Positions 49,942 to 59,236 of a stretch of DNA of 64,000 nt are shown piece by piece (within the stretch, counting starts at the first letter, position 1; each line of letters opens with the position of its first letter). The stretch is from Spirochaetia bacterium. GTDB taxonomy: Bacteria > Spirochaetota > Spirochaetia > DSM-2461. The notes beneath the pieces were generated by a model that was not told where the DNA came from, made no database searches, and saw only the letters and a list, made by a program, of their open reading frames with translations. The position numbers were made by a program, and so were the translations under genes. The stretch is taken from NCBI GenBank assembly GCA_963668315.1, contig OY764216.1, positions 1,568,001 through 1,632,000 on the forward strand. The letters run 5' to 3'.

Positions 49942-52794
49942 TCAGAACAGCTGCACTATCACCAGGCCTTCACTGCTGTCGGCGACGTAGGCGTAACGGC
50001 CGTTGATCATCAGGCGTATCGGGGTGGAACCGGTCCAGTCCAGGCTCCTGAGAAAAGCGTCATTGCCGATGGAAGAGGGATCGGAAATGTCCACGATCAT
50101 CAGTCCGTCCTCTTCGGATATCAGATAGAGATAGTCCCCGAAGGCGACCCCGTCTCTCATTATTCCCGACCAGCTGTCCGGAGTGAACGGGCCGTAGCTC
50201 GTCAGGTAGTCTCCGTCCGATTCATCGATGTTAACCGTATAGAATCCGCTTCCCGGAAAATAATCCGCAATGAAGGCGTAACTTCCGTAGAGGGAGAGGC
50301 TGTCCAGGGTCATGCCGAAGGATTTGCGATCCTGCAAAACGGGCAGGACGGGATTGCCGACATCGAGAACGGTCATATTGTTGGGCTGGAAATAGGCGCC
50401 CTGCACGACATAGGCGGTCTGTCCCCTGATCTGCACATCATTCATGCCGCCCCCGTCGCTGTCGTAAAAGCCGATTCCATAGGGATCGGAAGGATCGGAA
50501 ATGTCGTAGATCTGCAGCCCCGTGGAACCGGCCAGATAGGCATAATCCCCCTTTACCGTCAGCCTTCCCACCGAACCGGAGAGGGCGGGGGCGGCGCCGG
50601 CGGAAACCGGGGCGGAGGAGTCGCTTATGTCAACGATCTCCAGTCCGGCGGTTCCCCGGGTTATATAGGCGTAGGGTCCTGAAAGAACGATCTGCCCGGC
50701 GGCGGAAAGGGCGAGGTTTCCCCCGGATACCGGAACCGGAGCGGATGTGTCCGATATGTCCAGAATTGTCAGACCGTCGGCGCTGTTGGTCATGTAGGCC
50801 AGGTCATCCCTCAGGGCGATGCCCCTGTAGCCCGAACCGGGATTGTAGAGACCCGCCAGGCTCAGATCGTTGGGCAGGGAGATATTGACCGTCTGGAAGC
50901 CCAGGGAGCCGGATGTGACGAAGCAGAATGAACCGTCCGTGGCCACGCCCGTGGAAGCTCCGGGGGTGTTCCAGTAGTCGGTTATCTCGGGATTCAGCGG
51001 ATCGGAGACATCGAACATCTGGAGGCCCAGTCCGTCGGCCGCATAAACCTTGTCGTCCCTGATCTGAATGTCGGCGAGAAATCCCTGGGAGGCTGAAGAG
51101 TTCCCCACCTTGGTAAAGGGGGACGGATATTTGGAGAGCACCATAAGCGAGTAGGGGGGAGGGGGCTCCAGGTAGATGCTGGCCCGGGAGAGAACGTAAA
51201 CATAGTTCTCATCGGTTACGACATAATCGGCCCGGTAGTCCGCGTCGGTGTAGGACCGGTAGTTCACTATGGTTGAGCCGCCCAGCAGATGGTACAACTC
51301 CAGGATCATTTGATCGTTGGAAGTGGTCGCATAAATAAAGGCGTAGGGAGTGGTTCCGCCCACCAGGTAATAGGAGAGGGCTATATCGCTGAACTCGTAT
51401 GTGCCCCCTCCCCCGTACTGGGCGATAAAGACGGGAGAGTCGGGATCGGTAATATCGAAGGCCATGACAGCCGTCTCGCCCGACTGGTCAACGATAAAAA
51501 GCCTCTCTTCATCGGGCAGGGTCTCGGCCACCCGGGCGTCCCCCAGAGTCCCCGTATAGGCTCCGGTCTGAACGGGAGCCAGCGGATTGGAGATATCCAC
51601 CGATTTGATTTTCCCGGCGCCGTCGGCTATGAAGGCGTAATGCACGTCCGACCCGTAATCGTAGAGGGCCAGATCGGCGGCATCTTCCGTCTGCAGGGAT
51701 GCCACCGTTTCGGGAGCCCGGGGCTGTGATATGTCAATGATGAGGAGCCCTGCCTCGCCGGCGGCCACATAGACATAGTCGCCGCCCCAATCGGGATAGA
51801 CCACCTTTTGAGCGGGACCGGGCGTGGTCAGGTTGGTTATGCTCTCTTCCGGCGTGGGGGAGGAGAGAAAAACACCGGCTCCGTTGGCGTAACTGGTCAG
51901 GCTTCCCTCCAGTTCGGGGCGTACCTTATAGTAGTACCACTCACCTTCGCTGACGCCCCTGTCTTCATAGGAGGTTCCCTGAATGACGCCGGTATAGTTG
52001 AGAAAGGGACCGTCGGGCGAGGCGGACCGGAGTATCTCGAAGCGGTCGGTCCCTTCTATGGGGTTCCATTCAAGCTGGATTTTACCGTATCCCGCCTGTA
52101 CCTGGGGTGCCAGGGTCTGTCCTGAGAGAGGAATGGCCGAAACATAGGAGGACCAGTAAGCCCCTCCCGCCGAAAGATTGGCCCGGAGAAGAAAAACATG
52201 GAGTGAGCCGTTATCCAGATCTTCCAGAAGATAGCCCGTATCGGTCACGGTGACGCTCTCTCCGTAGGATTCGGAGGGGACCGTCCCGTTTCGCGTATAA
52301 AAAAGGGTATAGTTCCCGGCTCCTTCCACGGCGTCCCAGTCCAGGGCGATGCTCTTGTTGGAGGGAACGGCGGTCAGGGAGGAGACGGGACTGCCCGGAT
52401 CGTGAAGACCTATTTCCACGGTGCTGCTGTTGTCGTTCCAGTCCTCTGCGGTTACCCTGATGATAAGGGGGCCGTCGAAGGAGACCGTGGAAAACTGGAA
52501 GGAGAATTCCCCGGCGCTTCCGAGGGCGGAGGGCGGCAGATCGCCTGAGAGGAGAGTTCCCAGGGAACCGATCACCTGGTACCGGACGAGGCGTATTCTC
52601 CCGTCGTCGGAGGCCGTTCCGGCGACTGTAACGGTCTGGGTATAGTCGGTATCATCGGCGGGAGAGGAGAGGGTCAGGGCCGGGGCGGTATAGTCCGTCA
52701 TCTCCGATACGGCCGCTTCATCTATGGGAACGGGGCAGGAAAACAGGATCATCGCCATAAGAGCCATTATTGGGGGGTATATTCTTCCTTTCAT
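49942..52794 (-). CDS. Large surface lipoprotein: Ig-like, 2x fibronectin-III, many LVIVD repeats
   Basis: Lipobox LFSC; FN3-like segments (IALDW..V, IQLEW...YYYKVR); more than 10 repeats such as YVAAGEAGLLIIDISQP and GLQIYDISDPSDP. Confidence 0.88.
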   Translation of the reverse strand: MKGRIYPPIMALMAMILFSCPVPIDEAAVSEMTDYTAPALTLSSPADDTDYTQTVTVAGTASDDGRIRLVRYQVIGSLGTLLSGDLPPSALGSAGEFSFQFSTVSFDGPLIIRVTAEDWNDNSSTVEIGLHDPGSPVSSLTAVPSNKSIALDWDAVEGAGNYTLFYTRNGTVPSESYGESVTVTDTGYLLEDLDNGSLHVFLLRANLSAGGAYWSSYVSAIPLSGQTLAPQVQAGYGKIQLEWNPIEGTDRFEILRSASPDGPFLNYTGVIQGTSYEDRGVSEGEWYYYKVRPELEGSLTSYANGAGVFLSSPTPEESITNLTTPGPAQKVVYPDWGGDYVYVAAGEAGLLIIDISQPRAPETVASLQTEDAADLALYDYGSDVHYAFIADGAGKIKSVDISNPLAPVQTGAYTGTLGDARVAETLPDEERLFIVDQSGETAVMAFDITDPDSPVFIAQYGGGGTYEFSDIALSYYLVGGTTPYAFIYATTSNDQMILELYHLLGGSTIVNYRSYTDADYRADYVVTDENYVYVLSRASIYLEPPPPYSLMVLSKYPSPFTKVGNSSASQGFLADIQIRDDKVYAADGLGLQMFDVSDPLNPEITDYWNTPGASTGVATDGSFCFVTSGSLGFQTVNISLPNDLSLAGLYNPGSGYRGIALRDDLAYMTNSADGLTILDISDTSAPVPVSGGNLALSAAGQIVLSGPYAYITRGTAGLEIVDISDSSAPVSAGAAPALSGSVGRLTVKGDYAYLAGSTGLQIYDISDPSDPYGIGFYDSDGGGMNDVQIRGQTAYVVQGAYFQPNNMTVLDVGNPVLPVLQDRKSFGMTLDSLSLYGSYAFIADYFPGSGFYTVNIDESDGDYLTSYGPFTPDSWSGIMRDGVAFGDYLYLISEEDGLMIVDISDPSSIGNDAFLRSLDWTGSTPIRLMINGRYAYVADSSEGLVIVQLF

Positions 52795-52795
52795 T

Positions 52796-54940
52796 TTACT
52801 CCTCCTCTATGAATATGATGGAATCCGCCGCAGACATATCCGAGGCCCGGGTCAGCCCGCCCGTCGATCCCAGGTAGGCATAGGGAGTGGCCAGCTGGGG
52901 ATCCACTTCCCGGGCCTGGGCAAAGAGCAGCCGGGCCTGATCATATTCATCTGCTTCGTGGGAAGCCTTGGACATGTTGATGAGCAGCTTGGCCGCTATG
53001 GAAGATTTCTCCATACCCCGGGCGCCCAGGCCGTCGTAGGCCGACTGGTACTGTCCAATGGCCCTGGGGTAGTTTTCCTGCATATAGGAGATATTTCCCA
53101 GGTTTATCAAAGCGGGCAGATAATCCTTATCGATTCTCAAGGCCCTGTTAAGGTAGGTTTCGGCATCGGAGTAAAGACCGAATTTGGCATAGACCATCCC
53201 GGCCCGATTGAAATCGGAAGCTTCTCCCGTCTCCCGCGCTATTCGGGCGTAGTTGTCCGAAACTATGCTTCCTATGCTGTTGAGGCTCGTACGGAAGTCG
53301 GCTGCCAGCCTTTGGGCATCGCCGTACTGGAGCCCCAGATCGGACTCCCTCAATCCTACGGGACGGTAGAGCTCCTGGGTTTTCCGGGTCCTGTAGAACC
53401 CTCTTAGCTCGGGGCTATCGCCGAAGCTTTTCCACAGATCGGCGCCTCTGAACCAGGCGTCAAGAAAACTTCCCGAATCCACCATGGTGATTTCCAGGGG
53501 CAGCCAGAGCTCTCCATCGATATCCAGAGTCATGTCTCTGTCCGGATGGATCTCTCCGAACTGGCGGCTCTGGAACCCCGTGTTAATCGCCGGATAGATA
53601 TGGCCGGGAACCGTAATGAATCCCGTCTCCAGTCCGGCCGCCTCCATAAGACTGCAGAAGAGAACGGTCAGGTCGTCGCAGTCTCCGGTGCCCCGGATCA
53701 GGGTATCCCTGGATAGTTTGACCGAATCCACCGAGAGAGAATCGGTCTGAACCCGGGTAAAGGGGGAGATGGGATCGATCTGGTAGATTATGCCGATTTC
53801 CCCCATGGCGGCGTAGATCTGCATGGCCGTCTGGACGCTCCGGCTCCAGTGGGATACGGTGATCGGCTGGGCGGCTTTTCTGATAAAGCTGACGTAGTTC
53901 TGCAGAGCGCTGTCCGCCGGGGTGATAAAGGCCCCCACTTTTCTGTCGTCATCCCAGGTGATGGCTGTCTTGTCATGGAGATCGTAGGTCACGCTCTCCT
54001 TCTGCATTCCCGACCGGCCTCTGGCTGTATATTCGGCTATGACCTCCCCCGTAAGGGGCGTTATGCCGTTGGTGGTGAATATCTGCCCGTTATAGGAAGC
54101 CTTGAGATCCACGGAGGCCGATTCCCCCGGAGCCAGCTTACCGATACGCCCGGCCACGGTGGGGGAGTCCATATAACCGGCCTGCATGAAGGAAATCTGC
54201 ACATCCGAAACCGTCATACGGCTCGTATTGGTCAGTTCTATCCGGCCGATGGGGGAGTCCACGTAGTAGCTCTGCATGGCGGCGAAAACGGGATCAACCT
54301 CAATATTGTCAAAGCGCAGGTAGCGTTGAAATTCGGAGCGGTCCGGATCTTCCCCGAAGCGGAAGTGTATGGCAAAGCCCAGTCCGGCCAGCCAGCCGTC
54401 GTACTTGTCGAAGGGCTGAATCGATCTCTGATAGCGGAGGGTCGGTTTGATATCAATGCTGAGGGCGTAAGACGGATCAAGGGAGATCTTCGCCGCTCCC
54501 TGGGCCTGCCAGTACAGGGAACCCACCGTTCCCGAATCGACGGCGTTGGGAAAAACGGCCTGTCCCAGTCCAAGCTGGAAATCGGCTCCCAGTTCAAAGT
54601 TTTTGGCAAAGCGGCTGGCGTATCCCGCTCCCCCCTGGCCGTAAATCTGATAGTGGTCCCACTTGAGAGGATCGCTCAGTTCGGTGCTGTCAAAGCGGGT
54701 CAGACCGCCCCTGATAAAGGGCTGGATTGTGGGAATGTTAGGCAGGGGATAACGGATCTGCCCGGAAAAATCAAGAATACTGAAATCTTCCCGGTAGGCA
54801 GAAACGGGCTGGAGAGTGAGGTATTCCACTCCCAGGGAGAGGGGAAAACGGTAGTATTCATTAAAGTTGCTGTCTGCATTCTGGGAAAAGGCTGCGGTGG
54901 AAATCAATAGAAGCTGCAGGCCGGTAAGAAGCCGTTTCAT
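52796..54940 (-). CDS. Exported protein: predicted beta-barrel-like N-terminus, Ig-like domain, transglutaminase-like core, TPR
   Basis: Signal peptide; amphipathic beta-strands ending GLGFAIHFRF; GDCDD...PGHIY...WLPLE; C-terminal TPRs. Confidence 0.8.
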   Translation of the reverse strand: MKRLLTGLQLLLISTAAFSQNADSNFNEYYRFPLSLGVEYLTLQPVSAYREDFSILDFSGQIRYPLPNIPTIQPFIRGGLTRFDSTELSDPLKWDHYQIYGQGGAGYASRFAKNFELGADFQLGLGQAVFPNAVDSGTVGSLYWQAQGAAKISLDPSYALSIDIKPTLRYQRSIQPFDKYDGWLAGLGFAIHFRFGEDPDRSEFQRYLRFDNIEVDPVFAAMQSYYVDSPIGRIELTNTSRMTVSDVQISFMQAGYMDSPTVAGRIGKLAPGESASVDLKASYNGQIFTTNGITPLTGEVIAEYTARGRSGMQKESVTYDLHDKTAITWDDDRKVGAFITPADSALQNYVSFIRKAAQPITVSHWSRSVQTAMQIYAAMGEIGIIYQIDPISPFTRVQTDSLSVDSVKLSRDTLIRGTGDCDDLTVLFCSLMEAAGLETGFITVPGHIYPAINTGFQSRQFGEIHPDRDMTLDIDGELWLPLEITMVDSGSFLDAWFRGADLWKSFGDSPELRGFYRTRKTQELYRPVGLRESDLGLQYGDAQRLAADFRTSLNSIGSIVSDNYARIARETGEASDFNRAGMVYAKFGLYSDAETYLNRALRIDKDYLPALINLGNISYMQENYPRAIGQYQSAYDGLGARGMEKSSIAAKLLINMSKASHEADEYDQARLLFAQAREVDPQLATPYAYLGSTGGLTRASDMSAADSIIFIEEE

Positions 54941-55073
54941 AATTATCCTTCCTTTAACTTGATTATTACATCACTGAAATTAATTATAATGCGGTAAACG
55001 GAATAAATCAAAGTTAACCCTTCCTAACTCTATATTTTCCCTTTTCATTCGGGTATGATGGACATGGGAGGCT

Positions 55074-55922
55074 ATGATGAGAGTTTGCGTGTCGTATTTT
55101 TCTGGAACCGATGTTACGGCTGTTGTCGCCCGTTCCGTACAGAAGGGGCTTCTGACCGCCGGCCTGGAGGCGGATCTTCTTGATATAACCCCATTGAAAG
55201 CAAGGGAAAAAATCAGCGGAGATGATTATGACGCTTTTATTTTCGGTTTTCCCGTTTACAGTGATTTTGCTCCTTCCGCCGTGAATTCCTGGCTCGGGAG
55301 TCTTGAGGGGAAGGGACGGCGCTGTATTCTCTTCTGCACCTACGGCGGGAGAACGAGCGGATATTTCCATTATCATACCTGGCAGCTTTTGAAAAAAAGC
55401 GGATTTTCCCTGTTGATGAGCGCTGAATTTCTGGGAAGACATACATTCAATGTGGCGGGATGGAAGGTACTGCCGAACCGTCCCGACGAGGGTGACCTGA
55501 ATATCGCCGGAGAACTGGCCCGAAAGGCGGCGGAACTCTTCCGGGAGGAGAACCCGAAGCTTCTTTCCCTTCAGAAACCCATGGGGTATAAGGAAAAGCT
55601 GGCCGCCTATGAAGCCGCCGTCCCCTCCAAAACGGCCGCTCCGAATCAGCCGTCCCGGCGGGGAGCGGATTGCTCTCAATGCGGGATCTGCGAGAGAGAC
55701 TGTCCGACCGGCGCTTTTGATGCCGGGACGGGGGAAGCCGATCCGGAGATCTGCCTCAAGTGCCAGAGATGCCTTTTTCACTGCCCCGATAAGGTTCTGG
55801 TCCTCCATGAGAGTATGTACCGTAGCTACGGAAAATTTCTGGAGGACTGGAATCTGACCGAGGAGGACATGGAGAAAAAGCAGAGCAAGCTGATTCTCCA
55901 TGCCTGGGATACGGTGCGGTAG
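55074..55922 (+). CDS. EFR1-family flavodoxin-ferredoxin fusion
   Basis: YFSGT..T, FGFPVY, TYGG; CSQCGICERDCP and CLKCQRCLFHCP. Confidence 0.88.
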   Translation: MMRVCVSYFSGTDVTAVVARSVQKGLLTAGLEADLLDITPLKAREKISGDDYDAFIFGFPVYSDFAPSAVNSWLGSLEGKGRRCILFCTYGGRTSGYFHYHTWQLLKKSGFSLLMSAEFLGRHTFNVAGWKVLPNRPDEGDLNIAGELARKAAELFREENPKLLSLQKPMGYKEKLAAYEAAVPSKTAAPNQPSRRGADCSQCGICERDCPTGAFDAGTGEADPEICLKCQRCLFHCPDKVLVLHESMYRSYGKFLEDWNLTEEDMEKKQSKLILHAWDTVR

Positions 55923-55936
55923 CGTCTGGAATAATC

Positions 55937-57790
55937 CTACCAGCTGCTTCCGCCGCCGCCTCCGGCACCGCCGCCGGAGGACCCGCCCGAGGAAGACCCG
56001 CCCGAGGAACCGGAGGGAGAGGAGCTCATGGAGCTGCTGAGAGAGTTAAAACTGCGCGAGAGATCCCTGTCGAAGGTACGGGTGTCGAAGCGGTCATACC
56101 GGTTGCCCCAGTACCAGGTGGGGGGCGGCACGGCCATATTCTCGAAGTGGGATGCCCACTGGGAGCTGAGGCCCAGCACCATGGCGTAGGGCAGGATATT
56201 GTAGAAATAGGCGGGATCGGAGGCGAAGAGAGTTTCCAGCTTGTCCTTCTCGGCTTCCTTGATAAATTCCCGGAAGCCGAGAACCAGTTCCAGCATCTTG
56301 TCGCCGTACTCTGTCCTTTTGGACATGATGGAGATGAAGAAGCTGGCGATCATGGAGGCCGCCACGGTGGACAGGACGCGCAGGGGATCTATTCCGGCGA
56401 GAAAGATCGTCAGTCCCGCGATTACCGCCGTCACTACCAGGCTGAAGGCGATTCCCATGGTCAGGCTTGATTTATCTCCCCCGCTTCCCGTGCTGATTGC
56501 CTTGCCCAGTATGACATAGGGTACCACGGCGAAGACGGCAATGAAAAAGGCGAATACCCACAGGGGGCCATTGCCTTTCATGGGAAGAAATACCTCCATG
56601 AGAAGAGAGAACAGGGGCAGAAAGGCCAGAAGACCGGCCAGAAAAGAGGCCCCCTGGGTCCCGCTGGCGAAAATGCGTTTCTCTTTGTGTTTGGTAAAGG
56701 TCTGAGTGATATTCGTAACAGCCCACTGTATGGTCTTGTAAAAACTGTTTCTCAGGTCACTCGTGGTGACGCGGCCGCCCGTGCCGTTGCTGAAGAGATC
56801 CTTGAAAATCTTTCTTTCGTAATACTGTGTCTCCGGTCCGGGTTCCTGAAGTTTGACCAGGGCCAGCTCTTTTGTCTTTCCCTTCTCATCCTTTTCTTCT
56901 TCGATGGCCAGATAGCCCTTCTCGGCCCAATAGACGATGAGGGAATTCACATCTTTGTCATCCACCTGTCCGTCGATGATATAGCCGATTTCCGCGGGCG
57001 TCATCCCTTCGGGGGGCTCGAACTGGACAGTGGGAAAGAGCTTGTTGTCCCGTCCCTTGGCATACCAGAGAAGAAAGGAGAGAACCGCGGCCAGAATGTG
57101 CAGGGGATAGCTGAGCACCATGGAGAAGATCCAGTTCGGTCCCAGATGTCTCTTGGCTCCCACCCAGTACCCTTCGGGAAGGGGCAGGGCCAGAGTGAGC
57201 CCTTCGTTGTAACCGAGGGGGTTCACAATATGGCCGGTTATGACATTGCCGTCTACCGCCCATTTAACATTGGTATTATCGGTGGAGCCGAGAGGACCGG
57301 ACGTACAGTTCAGCCGGGAAGGGTCGAAGGATTTGGGCATGGTGACGCGGAAGTCGGCCTTATGGATATCCGTGGCCCATTGGGTTCCTATTATATTGAA
57401 GTAGAACTCGTCCATATCGGGCAGGCCGTCCTTTCCCACGTCGTAGAGGTAGGAGATGACGTAGCGGACTTTTCCGCTTCTCGTGACACTTGCCGAGCCG
57501 ATGCGTATCGCCACCTGGTCTCTGCCTTTTGTTATCTTGCTGGGAAATCCTTCCACGTTGATCTTGCTGATCTTCACGGGGATCTTATCGAAATAGAGGG
57601 GAATATTCCGGATGATTCCGTGACTGCTGACGGTAAAATCCACATCCAGGGTCTCGGTTATCTCGTAGGAGTTGTTCTCCAGAACGTTGATTTCAACGGA
57701 GTAATTCTCGAAAGTGAAGTTCTCCGCCGCCAGATGGGCCAGGGGGAGAAACATCAGGAGGAGGGGCAGCAATAATGTGCGTTTCTTCAT
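55937..57790 (-). CDS. DUF2207 family membrane protein
   Basis: ITETL.VDF..SHGIIRNIP, FNIIGTQW, LPYAMVLG, C-terminal GGSSGGGAGGGGGSSW; downstream of lemA. Confidence 0.9.
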   Translation of the reverse strand: MKKRTLLLPLLLMFLPLAHLAAENFTFENYSVEINVLENNSYEITETLDVDFTVSSHGIIRNIPLYFDKIPVKISKINVEGFPSKITKGRDQVAIRIGSASVTRSGKVRYVISYLYDVGKDGLPDMDEFYFNIIGTQWATDIHKADFRVTMPKSFDPSRLNCTSGPLGSTDNTNVKWAVDGNVITGHIVNPLGYNEGLTLALPLPEGYWVGAKRHLGPNWIFSMVLSYPLHILAAVLSFLLWYAKGRDNKLFPTVQFEPPEGMTPAEIGYIIDGQVDDKDVNSLIVYWAEKGYLAIEEEKDEKGKTKELALVKLQEPGPETQYYERKIFKDLFSNGTGGRVTTSDLRNSFYKTIQWAVTNITQTFTKHKEKRIFASGTQGASFLAGLLAFLPLFSLLMEVFLPMKGNGPLWVFAFFIAVFAVVPYVILGKAISTGSGGDKSSLTMGIAFSLVVTAVIAGLTIFLAGIDPLRVLSTVAASMIASFFISIMSKRTEYGDKMLELVLGFREFIKEAEKDKLETLFASDPAYFYNILPYAMVLGLSSQWASHFENMAVPPPTWYWGNRYDRFDTRTFDRDLSRSFNSLSSSMSSSPSGSSGGSSSGGSSGGGAGGGGGSSW

Positions 57791-57800
57791 AAACACCGCC

Positions 57801-58349
57801 TTAGAAGGAAACCTTGACGTTTTCCCTCTGGGTATCGTCGATTTCGAAGTACTCCTTCTTTTCCAGGTTCATCATGCCCGCCACAAGGGAGGCGGGGAAG
57901 AGTTCCCTTTTCGTGTTGAAGGACTTGACCACGGCGTTGTAGTACTTGCGGGATTGGAGAATATCGTTTTCCAGGGTCTGGAGCTGATTCTGAAGATTGA
58001 CGAAGCCCTGGTTGGCCTTGAGGTCGGGATAGGCCTCGGAGAGGGCGAATATGCTTTTCAGGCCGGCGGCCAGGGCGTTTTCCCCTTGCTGAAGCCCGGC
58101 CATATCCTTGGAGCCCATGGCCATGTTGCGCGCCTGTATCACCGCTTCCAGGGTTTCCTTTTCATGGGAGGCGTAACCCTTGACCGTTTCCACCAGATTG
58201 GGAATGAGGTCCCAGCGCTTTTTCAGATAGGCGTCCATGGTGGCGAAGGATTCCTCGCATTTGTTGCGGAGTTTGATAAAACCGTTGTAGGTCCCGATAA
58301 AGAAAAAGGCTATGAGCACGACTAATGCCAAAGCGATGATTAATCCCAT
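57801..58349 (-). CDS. lemA: LemA family protein
   Basis: KRWDLIPNLVETVKGYASHE, EAYPDLKAN, R.YYN..V. Confidence 0.95.
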   Translation of the reverse strand: MGLIIALALVVLIAFFFIGTYNGFIKLRNKCEESFATMDAYLKKRWDLIPNLVETVKGYASHEKETLEAVIQARNMAMGSKDMAGLQQGENALAAGLKSIFALSEAYPDLKANQGFVNLQNQLQTLENDILQSRKYYNAVVKSFNTKRELFPASLVAGMMNLEKKEYFEIDDTQRENVKVSF

Positions 58350-58495
58350 AAGAATAAATTCTCCTTGTACTTTTACTATTCTTTTCTACTATAACGCAGC
58401 TTCCGGGAGTGTGCCAAAAAATCCCGCCGATCGTGACTAAATACTGATGAGGGGGTGAGGATAGTCACACCGCCCTTTTTCTTTTACTATAGGTT

Positions 58496-59236
58496 ATGGC
58501 CCGGCGAATCCCCAAGGGGAGAAAGATCTATTCCATTTCCTATCTCATGGACAAACAGCCGAAGGGGATACGCAAGGATCCCCGGTACGGGTTCCTGCTG
58601 GATTCCCTCAGGGGATCGGACCGGCTGCTTTCCCTCAGATTCAACAGGCGCTGCTACACCTTGCTGAACCGCTGTGTCGTCGGCCCGGAGAAACTTGAAA
58701 GTTTTTACAGAACCTACCGCCTGCCCCGCCATCCTTTTTTTCCCCTTTTCCTTTCCATTAAAAGGGCTTACCTGGATGAGAAGGACAAAGCCCGGGCGGA
58801 AAGGGAGGAGAAGATTCTTTCCCTTCTGCAGAAACTTCCCGCACGGGAGCAGGAATATCTTTTTGCCTTTGCCCGATGGGAGTCGGGGAGAAGGGAGGGG
58901 AGGAAAGCCCGGACTTTTCAGAGGGAGATCTATCCCCGGACTCTGAAAAAAGCCCGTCTTTATCTCTCCCGGAATAAATGCGACTGGATCGGCTGTTTTG
59001 AGACCTTCCGCCGGGATGTCATAGGGGATACGGCGGAGTATTCCGGAGATGAGGGGCAAGTGCTGATAGACCGGTATATACTGGGGCTCCCTCCGGGACC
59101 GGAGCCGCTGAACAGGGAAGAGATAAAAACAAGGTATAGAACCCTTTCCCTGGAGAACCATCCCGACAGGGGCGGTTCAGGGGAGATGTTCCTGATTGTG
59201 AAGGAAGCCTATGAGAGGCTTTCAGGATTGTGCTGA
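58496..59236 (+). CDS. Basic hypothetical protein with C-terminal J-domain
   Basis: YILGL...EEIKTRYRTLSLENHPDRGG..EMF..VKEAYE; TAGTCA-N17-TACTAT-N5-ATG upstream. Confidence 0.82.
   Translation: MARRIPKGRKIYSISYLMDKQPKGIRKDPRYGFLLDSLRGSDRLLSLRFNRRCYTLLNRCVVGPEKLESFYRTYRLPRHPFFPLFLSIKRAYLDEKDKARAEREEKILSLLQKLPAREQEYLFAFARWESGRREGRKARTFQREIYPRTLKKARLYLSRNKCDWIGCFETFRRDVIGDTAEYSGDEGQVLIDRYILGLPPGPEPLNREEIKTRYRTLSLENHPDRGGSGEMFLIVKEAYERLSGLC

Noticed and set aside
48013..54940. A true LapD/LapG/LapA system
   Set aside because: The EAL domain looks catalytically intact (LapD is degenerate), the genes are convergent, and no T1SS or RTX adhesin is present; kept only as an analogy.
55940..56040. Gly/Ser-coding repeats
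   Set aside because: Normal low-complexity C-terminal tail of DUF2207 proteins.
58398..58418. sigma-54 promoter upstream of lemA (TTGGCAC on the minus strand)
   Set aside because: No GC at the -12 position.
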